A stretch of DNA of 64,000 bases, from positions 868,001 to 932,000 of the forward strand of contig JAYWIR010000051.1 of the NCBI GenBank assembly GCA_036172245.1, read 5' to 3'. The stretch's first letter is position 1; each line of letters opens with the position of its first letter. A program made the position numbers and the translations under genes. Under the pieces are notes generated by a model. It did not search any database and was not told the DNA's origin. It saw nothing but the letters and a program-made list of their open reading frames with translations. Origin of the DNA: Raillietiella orientalis (lineage: Eukaryota). Positions 37,850 through 49,800 of the stretch are shown here, piece by piece.

Positions 37850-39050
37850 GACTAAAAGGCTCGTCCCGTCTTGCGACGGAACCAAGATGCAGAGTTCTTG
37901 ATCTCGAAAAATGACATCTGGAAGGTAAGGTGAAAATATTGGAGGAAAAAGAGAACGATCGCCATGGATTTGGCGAAAGGGAGAGCAGCGTGCTCGTTGC
38001 CAGGTGCCTGCGCTGTGCAATCCGTTGAAGAAAGAGTATGCAAAAACGTGCGAGGTTTATCGCTCGTTCCCTTGCTGCTCGGAAATGGTTATCGGGAACA
38101 GTGTTTTTTCAAGAACTGCGGAGCAGAGAATACCTGAACTGCGTTGCCGTTGGGAAAGAAATCGATCTCGGGATGGAAGGGGAGCATTTCCTCGAAGGTC
38201 CAGATTATGGCCGCGGTTTCCCGTTTATCCCGTGGAGTTTTCCGAGCGCCAATCACAAAATCGTGCGCGCGCGTTTCCTACCGGTCGCGCGGGAAAATAC
38301 CCACGGAGGTGGGTTTCCCTGGTTTCCTTCCCGAAATGGGGAAACAGCGGCTCGTTCGCTCGCCACTTGCATGGATCTTTTCGGTCTTCATTCGGTTCTT
38401 GCAGTCTTATCTTGCTAATCACGAGGGAGCTGATTGTGTTGATGGGTGGAGCAAGGCGCACGAGAGGTGAGCTGCTTCACGGATTTGCCACGTCCGAGGA
38501 ACCGCGTTGGCAGCCGTTCGACTGCGGTCTCCTCACGTGGCACCAAGCGTCGCGGGTTTCAATCCTGCCCGGGGAAGGGTCGACGCCGAGAACGGGAGGT
38601 GCGTCGTGGGTTTCGAGTTCCTCCCCATAAACCATTCTGGTTGAACTGTAGACTTCGGGTGGAAACCGGAAACCAGATGCCCCCATCGACTGGGGGCGGA
38701 ATTGGAAGTCGACCCTCCGAGATTCTCCCAGGAATCAGGAATCCGGAGGGGGCTCGTCTCCGGTTGAGGACACCTTGTTCCGCTGTGGGGTAGGAACGAG
38801 AGTCTGCCGTGAGATCCCGAAAGAACGTAACGGGTTGAAGCTCCAGGGAGAGTCTACGGTACGTGTATGCACACGAGCGAACACCGAGTGTTCTGGAATG
38901 CTAAGGAAGAGAGAATCCGGAACGGGAAAGAATAGAAGAGTACGAGGGAGTGATTGCGAGTCAGTGCATCTCGACGTCCCAGTGCGCAGTCGCCACACTT
39001 TTCGGCAAGACCATTCGAGGGTGAGACCACGTGCTTCCTGGTGATACGAA
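37850..39050 (+). mobile_element. piggyBac transposase remnant (PGBD-like)
   Basis: In order: NDIWKVR, NPLKKEY, GTVFFQE, DLGMEGEHFL, NHKIV and GSFRSSFGSCSL, matching DxLWKxRP / LKQY / GYVxxFE / DLGxGGxVV / NHKVYFDN / GTVRxNR. Confidence 0.5.
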
Positions 39051-40829
39051 GGGTTTTTTCTTCTTTTCCACAGAGAGTCAATGAAAAGTTGCTTCTCCCT
39101 TGGGGGCGAAGGGAGGAAGGAAGGAAAAGAAAGAAAAAGAAAAATGGCCGTTGCTTTACTCTCTTTCTCCCTTCTTTTTCCTGTTCGGAAATCGCAACGG
39201 AAGCTCGTGGTGCACCTTTCGAAACTTCTTCCCGTGATGAGAAGATCGCTGTAAAAGACAGCCGCAAACCACCCTGCAACTTTCCTAACAACCGAATCAG
39301 CGGATGCTCGAGTTTTCCAGACTGCTGGCGAGCGCGTTTGTCTTCGGATGAACAACGCATCTTTGCTGTGGAGGCAAGCGCTCCCCTTCCGTCAGGGGGG
39401 AGGGCGGGGACACGGGACTGATTTCTCCCGGCTCCTCAGCAGGGCGAAACGGCCGCCTCTCCTTACCGCTGGAAAGGAACGCCACCTCCCCTTACCGCCA
39501 AGCACCCCACAAGCTCGAGCGGCCCCTAGGACTGCGTCCCAGAGCCGGGAGAGCCAGAACTCTGCAACCCACGGTTTCGCGAGTCCGCTCCCGATGATTT
39601 TTTCCGCTCCCGATTAGCTCGCTAAGCGATGTCGGGGATGCGGCATGTAAAATGCATTGCAGCATCGCAGGGAAGATGGGGATGGATTCGATTTCAGATG
39701 TTGCGCGTGTACTCGGGCTGAGGATAGAAAGGGCGAAAGGGTAGTGGGAAAGAGGCCCCTCCTCTTCCAAAGGATACGAACGCGAAGCGGCCTCGGCGGT
39801 ACGTTCCTTTAGCACGACCCCTCACCTTTGCCACCGCCTTCTTCCTCTCTCTCTGTCTCTCTATGGTAAGGCAACTTTGCATCCTACGTCCCGGTGGCAG
39901 ACGAGGGAACGCTGGGTGGTGCCCGTCGCCGCTTCTCTAGGGGATCCTTCGCTCTCTGGGCTTCCCGTGGAAGCCCGGGGCTCAGCGGGAAGAGATGCTC
40001 CCCGCGATGGAGATGAGCGAGAAAGGGAAGGAAACGGAAAAAATTGTCTGGGGAGATTGAGGGGGCACGCGGGCGGCGGCAAGAAGAGGAGGCTGGCTCT
40101 GCTTCCTGAGGAGCGGAGGAGATGCGCGTGGCAGAACGGGTGGCATCTCCCCTGCCCCTCCCCTCCTTCCCATCTCCAATTTCGCGGCTTCCGGACTCGG
40201 CTTTCCCTGATACGGCGAGGGCCAGGAAGGGACTGACTCTATCTCTTTCCGGGCCGCGGGCGGTCTCGTGTCATCCCGACGCTTTCCAGCTTTCGACGAA
40301 ACCGGAACAGGCAGGCGTTGTTGGAAGGGGAAAGCAGGAAAGGAGACTCTCCGGTCCTTAAAGGCAAAGGGGAGAGAGGTCACAGATCACGACCTTCTTT
40401 CGCGGAGTGAAGTGGGGAGGTGAGGGTGGGGGGGAGGGATGGGGTGAAGAGATAGAGGATCCCACGTTTTTCCCCTCACCCTGACAACGCGGAACTGCCT
40501 TCCAGGACCACCACCACCGAGAGAAGGTGCGCGGCTGCGTTTCGGAAGGTCCTGCCGGAGGGGAAGGAAAGAACGGGCGAAGATTCGGGACGGCACGGGA
40601 AGGAAGCGAAGTGATGAAGGAGGGCCCAAGGCGCGCGAAGGAGTTCCGCTGAAGGATGTGGACAGAACGCGAGGATGCGGCAAGCCAGTGCCCGCGCCCC
40701 GGACCCCCTTCTGGCAGACCCTCTCGGGACAGGTGAGCCATCGTGAGAAAGGATGCCTTCGCGACCCCTCAGGGCCGCACTCCCGGCCCCGGTCCGGCGA
40801 CGGTGAACGGAAACGCCCCCACTCCCCTT

Positions 40830-40870
40830 CGCCCCTCACGCAACCCGCTCTCCCTGACGCCCCTGCCCAG
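40830..40870 (+). promoter_or_regulatory. Putative 3' splice acceptor 2 nt upstream of the kek ATG
   Basis: C-rich pyrimidine tract with CTCAC/CTGAC branch-like motifs ending ...ccctgcccag|ggATG (AG at 40869-40870). Confidence 0.5.
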
Positions 40871-40872
40871 GG

Positions 40873-42933
40873 ATGGAGAGGAACTCTCCGCTTCCGCCGC
40901 ACGTCGCCGTTGTCTTGTACCTCCTGGCTGCAGCTCCTCCCGGCTCCGGTTGCCCGGAGTCCTGCGACTGCATCTGGAGGCACGGGAAGATTACGGTGGA
41001 GTGCACGGGCAAGGGCCTCCGTGCGATCCCCCAGAAAGTGGATCCCCAGACTCAGGTGCTGGATCTGTCGGAGAACGTCTTCCTTCTCCTGCCCAAGGAG
41101 ACGTTCCTGTCCTCCGGGCTGGTCAACCTGCAGAAGCTGTATCTGACCCGCTGCCGCATAGCCCAGATCAATCCCAGAGCCTTCCTCGGCCTGACGAACC
41201 TGGTCGAGCTGGACCTCAGCGGCAACGCCCTCGCCCATGTTCCTTCCTCCAGCTTCCGCAGCATCCCCTCCCTGCGGATCCTGCAGCTCAATGCGAACCC
41301 CATCCGCAAGGTCCCGGGCGCCGCCTTCGCTGACGTGCCCTCCCTGGTGCGCATCGAGATGAGCCGTTGCGAAATCGTCCACATCTCCCCGGGAGCCTTC
41401 GAGAGGCTGCCATATCTGGAGAGCCTGAAGATCGATGCCAACAGGCTGATCTCGCTGGACCACAGCGCCGCGGTGTCCCTGCGCAGGCTACACAGCATCC
41501 ACGTCCACGACAACCCCTGGAACTGTGACTGCTCCCTGCGACCCCTGTGGGGCCTGCTCATGAGGCACAACGTCCCATTCCCGGAAGTCCCGGCGTGCGC
41601 CGGTCCTGAGCGCATGCGGGGCAGATCCCTGGACCAGGTGGACGTCGACGAACTGGCGTGCCCTCCGGAGATCGTGGACCACTCGGAGGACAGGATTTCC
41701 GCTCGGAGCGGAGGCAACGTGTCCGTCACGTGCCGGATCCGATCCGTCCCCAGGGCGCGGGTGGACTGGATGCACAGAGGGGTCGCCGTCGCCACCTCTG
41801 GGAGCATCCACCACATCCATCACCACCATCACCACCACCACCACCACCGGTATGCGGTCGCTGAGCACCGCGGGGACGACGGCGACAGCGACGAAGACGG
41901 CGAGCTCCACACAGCGGCACTGGTCAGCACGCTGACCTTGATATCAGTCGATGAGGGTTCCTCGGGAGACATACGCTGCGTTGTCAGCAACCCCGCGGGT
42001 AGCGCGGAAGCCAACTTTTCCTTGTCTGTCTTCGCGAGGCTGCCCGGCGCCATTGACCTGTCGGAGGGCCAGGTGATTGGTCTGACGCTGTCCCTCATTC
42101 TGGTCATCGCCTTCATCCTGACCGTGGTCGTGTTCCTTCTGGTGCGTGTCCACGGCAGCTCACGGTCGCAGGACGAGAAGAAAAAGCAGAAGATGAAGAA
42201 GGAGGAATCGGAGGGCGAGAGGCGGGACGGTGCCGCTGCTGCCACCTCGCGTCTCCCTCCGAAAGTTACTCGCGGAGGAGCGGGCCCGCCGGGAACCCCG
42301 GTCGCACGGCAGCGAGGCAGTGGGTGCATCGAGAACGGGCTGCTCCTCTGCGAGAGGAGGCCTCCGGACCTGCTCAGGGAAGCCAAAGCGAAGAAGGACG
42401 TGGTCCAGTCCCTGGAGCCCGGTCCGGACTCCGGCTCCTTCAAGGTCCGCTCAGAGGCAGTGACGCGCGGAGAGGGAGTGGTTGCCCCCCTACAGGTCAG
42501 GATGGAGGCTGTGTCCCCCTTCCATTCCCCGGCTGCGTGGCTCCCGGCCCTGGAAAGTGCGGACAGGACGGATGCTTCTCGGAGAGGAAGCGGTCTCGAC
42601 CTGGGGTGCGCGGGCCGTCGCGCCTTTTGCCTCCCTTCGAGGAACTCCCCACCCCTGCACTCCACCCCAGCCGACAGGCAGTCCCGTGCCGAGTACCCCG
42701 ACGACTACGGGCTGCCCCTGGACGATGGGTCGCCGTCTCCGTCGTTCACGGAGCATTTCCCGGCGTCCGCGAGGGGCTACAACGGAGGCGACTTCCCCCT
42801 CTCCGCGGCGGCGCGCTGCCCGCCCCTAGGATCTCCCTCCCTCGGGAGCCCCCCGCCCCCGAAGCTGATCATGCACCTCGAGAATGACCGCGACTCCGAC
42901 GGAGACGACGAGGACGCAGGAACGGAAGTGTGA
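40873..42933 (+). CDS. kek1: Kekkon-family (Kek1-like) LRR + Ig single-pass transmembrane receptor (LIG family), 686 aa, uninterrupted ORF
   Basis: Domain order: signal-peptide-like N-terminus; LRRNT (CPESCDCIWRHGKITVEC); 7 LRRs (QVLDLSEN, QKLYLTRC, VELDLSGN, RILQLNAN, VRIEMSRC, ESLKIDAN, HSIHVHDN); LRRCT (NPWNCDC...C...C); one Ig domain (VTCRI...VDW...SGDIRCVVSNPAG); TM helix VIGLTLSLILVIAFILTVVVFLLV at ~42073-42144; basic stop-transfer; cytoplasmic PDL and YPDDYGLP motifs; C-terminal GTEV class-I PDZ ligand. The family call is strong. The kek1 paralogue assignment comes from recalled similarity and is less certain. Confidence 0.92.
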   Translation: MERNSPLPPHVAVVLYLLAAAPPGSGCPESCDCIWRHGKITVECTGKGLRAIPQKVDPQTQVLDLSENVFLLLPKETFLSSGLVNLQKLYLTRCRIAQINPRAFLGLTNLVELDLSGNALAHVPSSSFRSIPSLRILQLNANPIRKVPGAAFADVPSLVRIEMSRCEIVHISPGAFERLPYLESLKIDANRLISLDHSAAVSLRRLHSIHVHDNPWNCDCSLRPLWGLLMRHNVPFPEVPACAGPERMRGRSLDQVDVDELACPPEIVDHSEDRISARSGGNVSVTCRIRSVPRARVDWMHRGVAVATSGSIHHIHHHHHHHHHHRYAVAEHRGDDGDSDEDGELHTAALVSTLTLISVDEGSSGDIRCVVSNPAGSAEANFSLSVFARLPGAIDLSEGQVIGLTLSLILVIAFILTVVVFLLVRVHGSSRSQDEKKKQKMKKEESEGERRDGAAAATSRLPPKVTRGGAGPPGTPVARQRGSGCIENGLLLCERRPPDLLREAKAKKDVVQSLEPGPDSGSFKVRSEAVTRGEGVVAPLQVRMEAVSPFHSPAAWLPALESADRTDASRRGSGLDLGCAGRRAFCLPSRNSPPLHSTPADRQSRAEYPDDYGLPLDDGSPSPSFTEHFPASARGYNGGDFPLSAAARCPPLGSPSLGSPPPPKLIMHLENDRDSDGDDEDAGTEV

Positions 42934-43190
42934 AGCCCCGACCCTGTGCCTGCCGGAGCTCAGTACTCACCCCTTCCTTGCCTGCACTTCTCCCTTCCTG
43001 CCCTCGCCCGCTTGAGGAGCAACGGCGCGGAGAAGAAGGGAAGCGGGAAGGAGAGGGACGGATTCCCCCTCTCCCGAGAGCATGTTATTTTTTTACGTCG
43101 TGCATCTTCGAGAAGACGTCCTTGATCTGGGCGGAGACCTGACTCCTCCCTATCCTCCTGGCCGAAAAGGTGCAGCACCGGAGCAGCGTC

Positions 43191-43196
43191 AATAAA
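43191..43196 (+). terminator. Candidate polyadenylation signal of kek
   Basis: First AATAAA after the TGA stop at 42931-42933. Confidence 0.45.
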
Positions 43197-43899
43197 GCAT
43201 TTCCTATGGGCAGGCTGGTTCATGCGCCGTTTCTTCTTGGGGCTCTTCCACCTTCTTCTGAACCGTCCCCGGCCTCCTCCTGAAATCGCGAACAGCAGGG
43301 GTCTTATGCGGTTCGCCCGTTCCCTCGAGGAGGAAGGAGGCAGAGAGGAAGTCGCGCGCGCCCGGCGAGTCCTTCAGGGTGCAGACGCCTTCAAGGTCTC
43401 TCCGAAGAGCAGAGGATCTCCCGCCAAAGAGGAGGAGGAGGAGATGGTTCCGCGCAATCGGAGGCAGCTCTCCCCGAGGCCACCTCTGGAAACTGCTTTC
43501 CCCTTTCGGTCGGGGAGGAGGTGCCGCGGTCGAGGAATGGGGGTGGTCCTGTAGGGGTGGAGGAGCACCGGTCGCGACCTCGCAAGCAGGACGCCGCAAC
43601 TCCTTGCCTCTTCTCTCGTGGCAAGCCAGGGTGGGACGGCTGCGTGTTCTCACCCCCAATTGATCCTGCTCTCTTCATCTCTCCCTCTCCTTTAGCTTAC
43701 GCGTTCCCCACCAGCTGGATTTGGCTCGCAGACCTCAGCTATGGAGGGAAGGCGGGGCGAAGCTTGTTTCAGGAGCACCCAGTGGCCCCGGTTGGCCTCC
43801 CTCCCCGATCCTCAGAGGGAACAATTCCGCTGTCCGGTAGAGTCGAAAGGAGTGAAGGCAGCAAGCAAGACGAGGGTGTCGTAGCACCCGTGCTCGTGC

Positions 43900-46800
43900 C
43901 GAATCCTCGGATGGAAGCTGGGTGAGAAGCTGCCCTGCTTCCCGCCCCTGTCTTCAACTATGGCTGCTTCTGGAGGCTGCTGACTTTTCTGGAGTGTGCA
44001 TACGTGCCTTAGGTCTTGCTGACCTCCCCATGCCTGTAAAAGCGGTACTGCCTCGACCTGGCTCCTATTCCCGGCTTCCTGTGAGCCACCAGGGACCGCA
44101 GATCTCCTGCTCTCGGCCGAGCATTTTCGGGGCCAGTATCCAGAAATGGTCCTCCGCTGCCGGCATCCTCGTTCTGATAGGGGTCGAGATCGAGCAGGGA
44201 GGGATCAGGAAATTGCCACTATCTCCGGCGCAGTCATTTCCAGAGAAGGGTTTTTCCGGCTCGGCATGCAGGGGGAGAGGAAACGGACCCCAGAGATGCT
44301 GTACAATGGGGATGCCCCCAGGGGCTATCCAGCAGAAGGAGAGCCGCTGCTGCCTTCATCCTAGAAGCTCTGGGAGGGAGTACCAAAACTCCGGGAGGAA
44401 CGGCTCTGAGTCCACTATGGCGGCAGTTGCGCGAGACAGAGGGAAGGGGCGAGGGGGCTCTCGAGATAACCCCGATCTCGGGTTGTGCGTTCCTCCTCAG
44501 GCGCCGGTCAGAAGCGGAGAGGGGAAAGAATCTCAGTGTCGATTTGCGTCTCTTCCCAGGACGCAATGTTGCTGCCGCCTCTGTGATCCTTCGGGAGGGC
44601 TCGAAACCCCTGAGGTCGATCGGTAAAGTGGGAAAGAGAAGGAGGAGGAGCCAACTCACCCGTCTCCCTTCCGCATAAGGAGCTCTCTGGCCTTGCGATC
44701 CACCACGAGCTCCCGGAAGGAAAGGAAGAGGGAGCAGCATCAGAAAACAAGCTTCAGGAGGCACTGCTCCCGCCTCCCGGCTTGAGATGATACACTTGAG
44801 GAATGGCTCTTTCTTCCGAGGACCACAAGCGTCCCACCTCCTGAAGCAGCTCGGGGACTTTCCCCCATGTGGCTCGGGGAAAAGATGTGCAAACGCACGC
44901 CGACTCCCCTCATCCATCGCATGCGGGAAAAGGCAGGAGGAGGGTCCGGGCGGGTAATGACACCTCCGAGTGTCTCCGCTCCTCCATGGCGACGGGCTGT
45001 CTCCAGGAGGGAGGCTCCTGAACGCGTGTGGCGTGGAGGCGGGTCAGCGAGCGGAAGAGGTCGTCCATGTCGAGGAAGATACCGGAAGAACGCCTCTAGG
45101 ATACCATGGGCGACGGAGAGACCGGCTGGGCCGACCGTCTCCAGAGATCCAGATGGCAAGAACGGGCCATCGCGCAGCTCCTCGGACTCCGTGTCGAAGA
45201 AGGTGGGGAGTAACCCTCACAACCTTCATCTGGCTGTTCGCTCTCCGCGGTGGGGAAATATGTAAAGGGGGGGAGGAGGTGGGAAGGGGCAGAGCTCGAA
45301 GGGGTCTCTCTTGACCGTTTACCTGGCCCGGGGGAGGAACAGACCACGGGAAGGGGGGGAAAGAAAGGAGACGTCCTCGAACGGCACAGACGTTGCGTTC
45401 GGGACGCGCAGGCGCACTAACGCTCGCTCGCAGGTTCGCGCGATGCTTGGCGAAAGCGACCTTTGCCGCACAGGTCACGTTAGTCGCAGAGCACAACTCC
45501 TCCCGCTCCCCACCTGAAGAACTCTACAGATGCTGCGTTTTTGTCTTTTAATAATAAACGGTGAAAAAAAGAGGAAGAAAAAAAACGGGGAAGATTGCTG
45601 CTGCACATTGTTATTGCACATTGTTTCAGAATCTCGAAGCATTGCCGTCATCGAAGGTAAACTGGAGAAAATTGCGCCATTGTTGTCGTGAGTCGGGAAC
45701 AGGCAGGTCTGGACGCGGGTTGGCACTCATGCTCATCTGTGGACGGCAGGGGGTCCCCGTCCCGAGGCACTCGCATGCAGGGAGGACGCGAAGAATTGAG
45801 GGCGGCGGCAGCTGATGCACCTCTGACCCAGCTGCCGGCCACGTCACTGCTTCTGCTTGACTCCTTGGGTCTTCTGATCCCGCCGAACTGTCTGGGCGCT
45901 CCACGGAGGCGCAGTTCCACTCGACGTCTTCCTAGGCACCCGCCCGACCCACTATGACAGTCCAGGGAGTTTCCATCTCCAGGGTCACCACCACCCGCAA
46001 AGGAAGGAAGGGAGGGGGTATTTCGACCTCCGACTGGCGAAGGAACGATCGATTGCGTGGGTCTCCAGTGGCGTCCTGGCACAGCTTCCATTGGGATAGG
46101 AGGGGGAGTCGTTGTAGCATCCCCTGAATCTGTTCCGTAAGTCGCGAGAGAAGGGGCTTCCTTGCCTCCCCGGAAGTTCTTGCCTTGGAGAGTCCCCTTA
46201 GGAGCACCTCGGAACGTCACCTCTCCCGTCTCTTGAGCTCTCCGCTTGTCAGCTTGAAGCCAACGGTTCCTCGGAGTGACCATCGGTGAGCAAGCTCTCG
46301 AGCATTACCCGCTAGGCGGGATGCTGTTCCCCCCGGACAGGAACCCGGAGCTGGAACCGCCACTCTCCTGCATTAAGAGTTCCCGGTAAGGAGAGGAAAA
46401 GGGGAGGGAGATGATGGGATCTCAGCCCCGTTCCGAAGAAGCAGAAAGGGGTCCCCGATCGACCCCAGACTCCGCTGGCACCTGGGTTGCTGCACGTAGG
46501 GACGTGTGAGAGTACGACAGGAGGAGAAACACCAGCGCGGCACCTGGCAACGAGATGCTACCATCCTCCAGGATGTGGCGGGGTAGGAGCTCAACTTCCT
46601 CGAAGATCCTACCAGGAAATCTGCGGGATTCGTCCAGCAGAGAGCAGCTCTGCTGCCACCGCACAGTCCTCTCCACCAAGGGGGAGGAACCACCGGCCTC
46701 ACGAGGTTGCCGGGGAGACGGGTGGCTGCTCGCTTTCGCAAAGAGCCCCTTCCCACGGGGAAGGGAGGAGGGAGAGGTGAGGGAACCCTCGGCGGATCAG

Positions 46801-49800
46801 GAGGAGCTGACGACTACACACAGAAGAGACCACGAGGTTAAGTCTAGGCGTGGCCGACGGCATTTCGAGTGGACGCGGACAGAGATCTCCCTTAACCTCG
46901 TGCGTGACCTCCCGGACTCTGGACCACCACAGCCACAACCTCCTCCATCCCTGCCTCCGTTCCCCGACTGGAAGCACCAGGAACCGGTGGCTCTACCTTA
47001 TTCCCTCCTCCTCCCCTTATCCTTGTCCCTCTCTGAGCTCGCGGTCACCGACCCAGACGTTTGCAAGCCTTTTGCGTCCTCGGCTGCCCGCTGCTGCGTT
47101 TGGTACCGGCGCTGCCTTTGCCTCGGGTGTCCCTCCACGACCCCGTCAGGAGGGGAGGGAGGGAAGGGGACGATAACGACCCTGCAAGTTTCCTCACCGA
47201 AGAGACCAGGAAGAAGAGCAGGATGAAGCTCTCTCTCCCTCTTCAGGACAATTCGGGGTCGCGAAGAGGATCGAAAACGGACCGAATAGACCGCTCTCGC
47301 CTGTAAACGAAAGCCAGCAGAGGGCCGGAGGGTTGCGTTCCGCCGGTGGACGGGCCCGCCGCTGCCACCTTCCACGCGGTAGGGGGATAGAGTGGACCCT
47401 CGATGGCGTCCGGCTTCTCTCAGCGCTCAAGGGTGCCTTCGGAGCGATGGACCCCGCACGCCCCTCCCGGTGGAGGGCGAAAAGGACCAAGAGGTACTCG
47501 CACATAGACGAACAGCAGGGAGAGGTCACTCTGCTCTAACAGGAAGAAAGCAGGGCAATGATGGGAATCGGAGAGGGAAGAGGAAGAAGGGAAGGAAGGA
47601 AGACCTGAGGCCTCGAAGGGTGACGAGGTCGCGGAGGAAAGCGCAAGTGCTCAAGGACAACGGGCGAAGGCGGGAGCCCCCGACCTCCTCCTCCTCTTCC
47701 TCCTCCTCTCACCTTTCCGAACGGGTTGGTCCTTTCGCCTTCGGTGGACACTCAGGGAGCCACCACCCTCCGTCTTAGCGGGCACTAGAAACTCTTCACG
47801 AGAACGCTCCTGACTACCGGCTCTTTGAGCGTGAGCGTTTTGCCAGATTCCTTGCCGCAGCGCCCCAGTCTAGATTTGTTGCCATGCCTGCGCCACTTGT
47901 CTTCTGGCACGTGCAGGCTGCTCTGAACCTAAAGAGGTCTTCCCGAAACATCTGCATCTCCCAGATCCGTTTCAGTCTAACTGCAAACGTTGTCCACTGT
48001 AGAAGGTCCTTCCGTTATTGTTGCTCTCTCATCCCTCTGCAGTGCCTCTTCTTCTCAGTCTCCTCCTAATCTTCCACCGCAAAATGGGGGCTCAAACCTG
48101 CAATTAGCGCTCATTAGGTCCTCAGGAAAAATCGCAGCTTCCGGCTGATAATGAGAGCATGCGTTCGCAGGGGACGTTCCAGAAGACTGGAGACTTTGTC
48201 TTGCCCAGAGTAAGAGCCAACGAATCGGATGCCACCTTAGTATCCTTCAAGGTTCAGGAAGATGGCAGGGTAACTGCTGTGCGGACTTGCGAAGCGAAAC
48301 CACGCAAGCGTCCCTCTGAGGGCTGCGAAATTTTCTTTCTTCCTGCGATGCTGGAACCCGGTCTCCCTCCAGGTGAGTTCTTCCGCCAATGCCGAGGGAG
48401 AACTCTCAACCCTTCTTCGCCTCTTCTCCAAAAAACCGCAGACCCTGCCCATCCCGAACCTTTCCCTTCCTCTCTCTCTTTTTGGGTCTGGAAATGGGAA
48501 TTTCCCTTTCCAAATTCAAGCTCCGCCATCGCGGAAGAGGGAGCAACAAGGTCTACAACAACAAAGTATACGGAATGCATTATTAATGAGGACATTGAGG
48601 AGAAGTGGAACCTTGATGGGAGCTCCCAAGGAGGCTCGGGCAATTTAGGGACACGCGTGGAGTTTCGTCGCTGCCTCCATGGAGGCCCACTCCAGCGAAG
48701 GGGACGCGTGGCCACCCGACCGCGGTGGTCCCTTCCGCAAGAGAGGTGGCCCTGCAAGCTGGCTGTCTGAGGACTCCAACCGTGGTCAAACGAAACGGAC
48801 CGAGTTCAGCCGCCTTCCGATTCGTGCCGAAGCTCGAAAGCAAATCCATTCACGGTACCAGAAGCTCTTGCGCAATCATCTGATTGGAGTTGAAATGTCA
48901 ATCGCGACATTCTGACTCTCTCCCTAATACCGAAGAGCTATTGCGTGTAAATAATCAAGGGCTGATAAAGGATCCTAATGCAAAGAAGGAGTTGGGCTTC
49001 GATTGCAAAGCTACTGATGATGAGAAGAGTAAGCGAACCTCTAATGGTCACCAGTTCGTTTCCTCAGGTTACCAGCGAGATTTTTTTCCTTCCTTTCTTT
49101 CTTTGTCTGTCTCTCTCTCTCTTTTCCTTCCTTTTTTTAAATTTGCATCCAAATGATGGGACGGAAGCATTTGTTGACGAATCAGGTTGTGGAAGTCGGG
49201 TCATCCTCCTACTAGTAGCCGGAAGAGAGCCTTGAGCTGTTGCGTAGAAACGCACTTTTGATGCTCCTGAGCCCTGACACTTGAGATCCAAGAAATCCCA
49301 TCATCGTTCTGCACCCAGTTGCAGTTCTATTCGCTCCCTTCTGTGTGTTTCTTCAGTCTGCTGCTGCTGCTGCTGCACTTTTGGAAACTCTCCCTCCCCC
49401 CTTCCTCCTCCTCAGCAAGCACGAGGTGCCCAAAGATCTCGGGCAGAGAATACTCGATCATTTCCCAATCGTTACTACTGTTTACAAAGACTCAGCCAAG
49501 AACTTCGGAAGTGCCCTGCTCCCCAAGAAGAGACCCGGACCAACCCAGACCTGGTTCGCAGGGCACCAACCCAAGGGATTTTTGCAGATGTTGTTTTCTA
49601 TGTCCTGCCTATCCGCAGGCCCCGTTGGTCCTTCGTAGTCCTTCCTCCATTCACCACGAGCTTTCCGAGTAACGCCGGTCACTAATGGCAACGTACGTCC
49701 TTCGTGCAGGGAAGAAACCGAACGCCAGCTCCCCCCTTTCTTCCACAGCACTGTGTTCGAAAAAAATGGGATAGCCATTCCTATTGGTCCGCAACGAGGC

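Noticed and set aside
40387..42665. Long antisense ORFs over kek
   Set aside because: Shadow ORFs caused by high third-position GC in the real gene.
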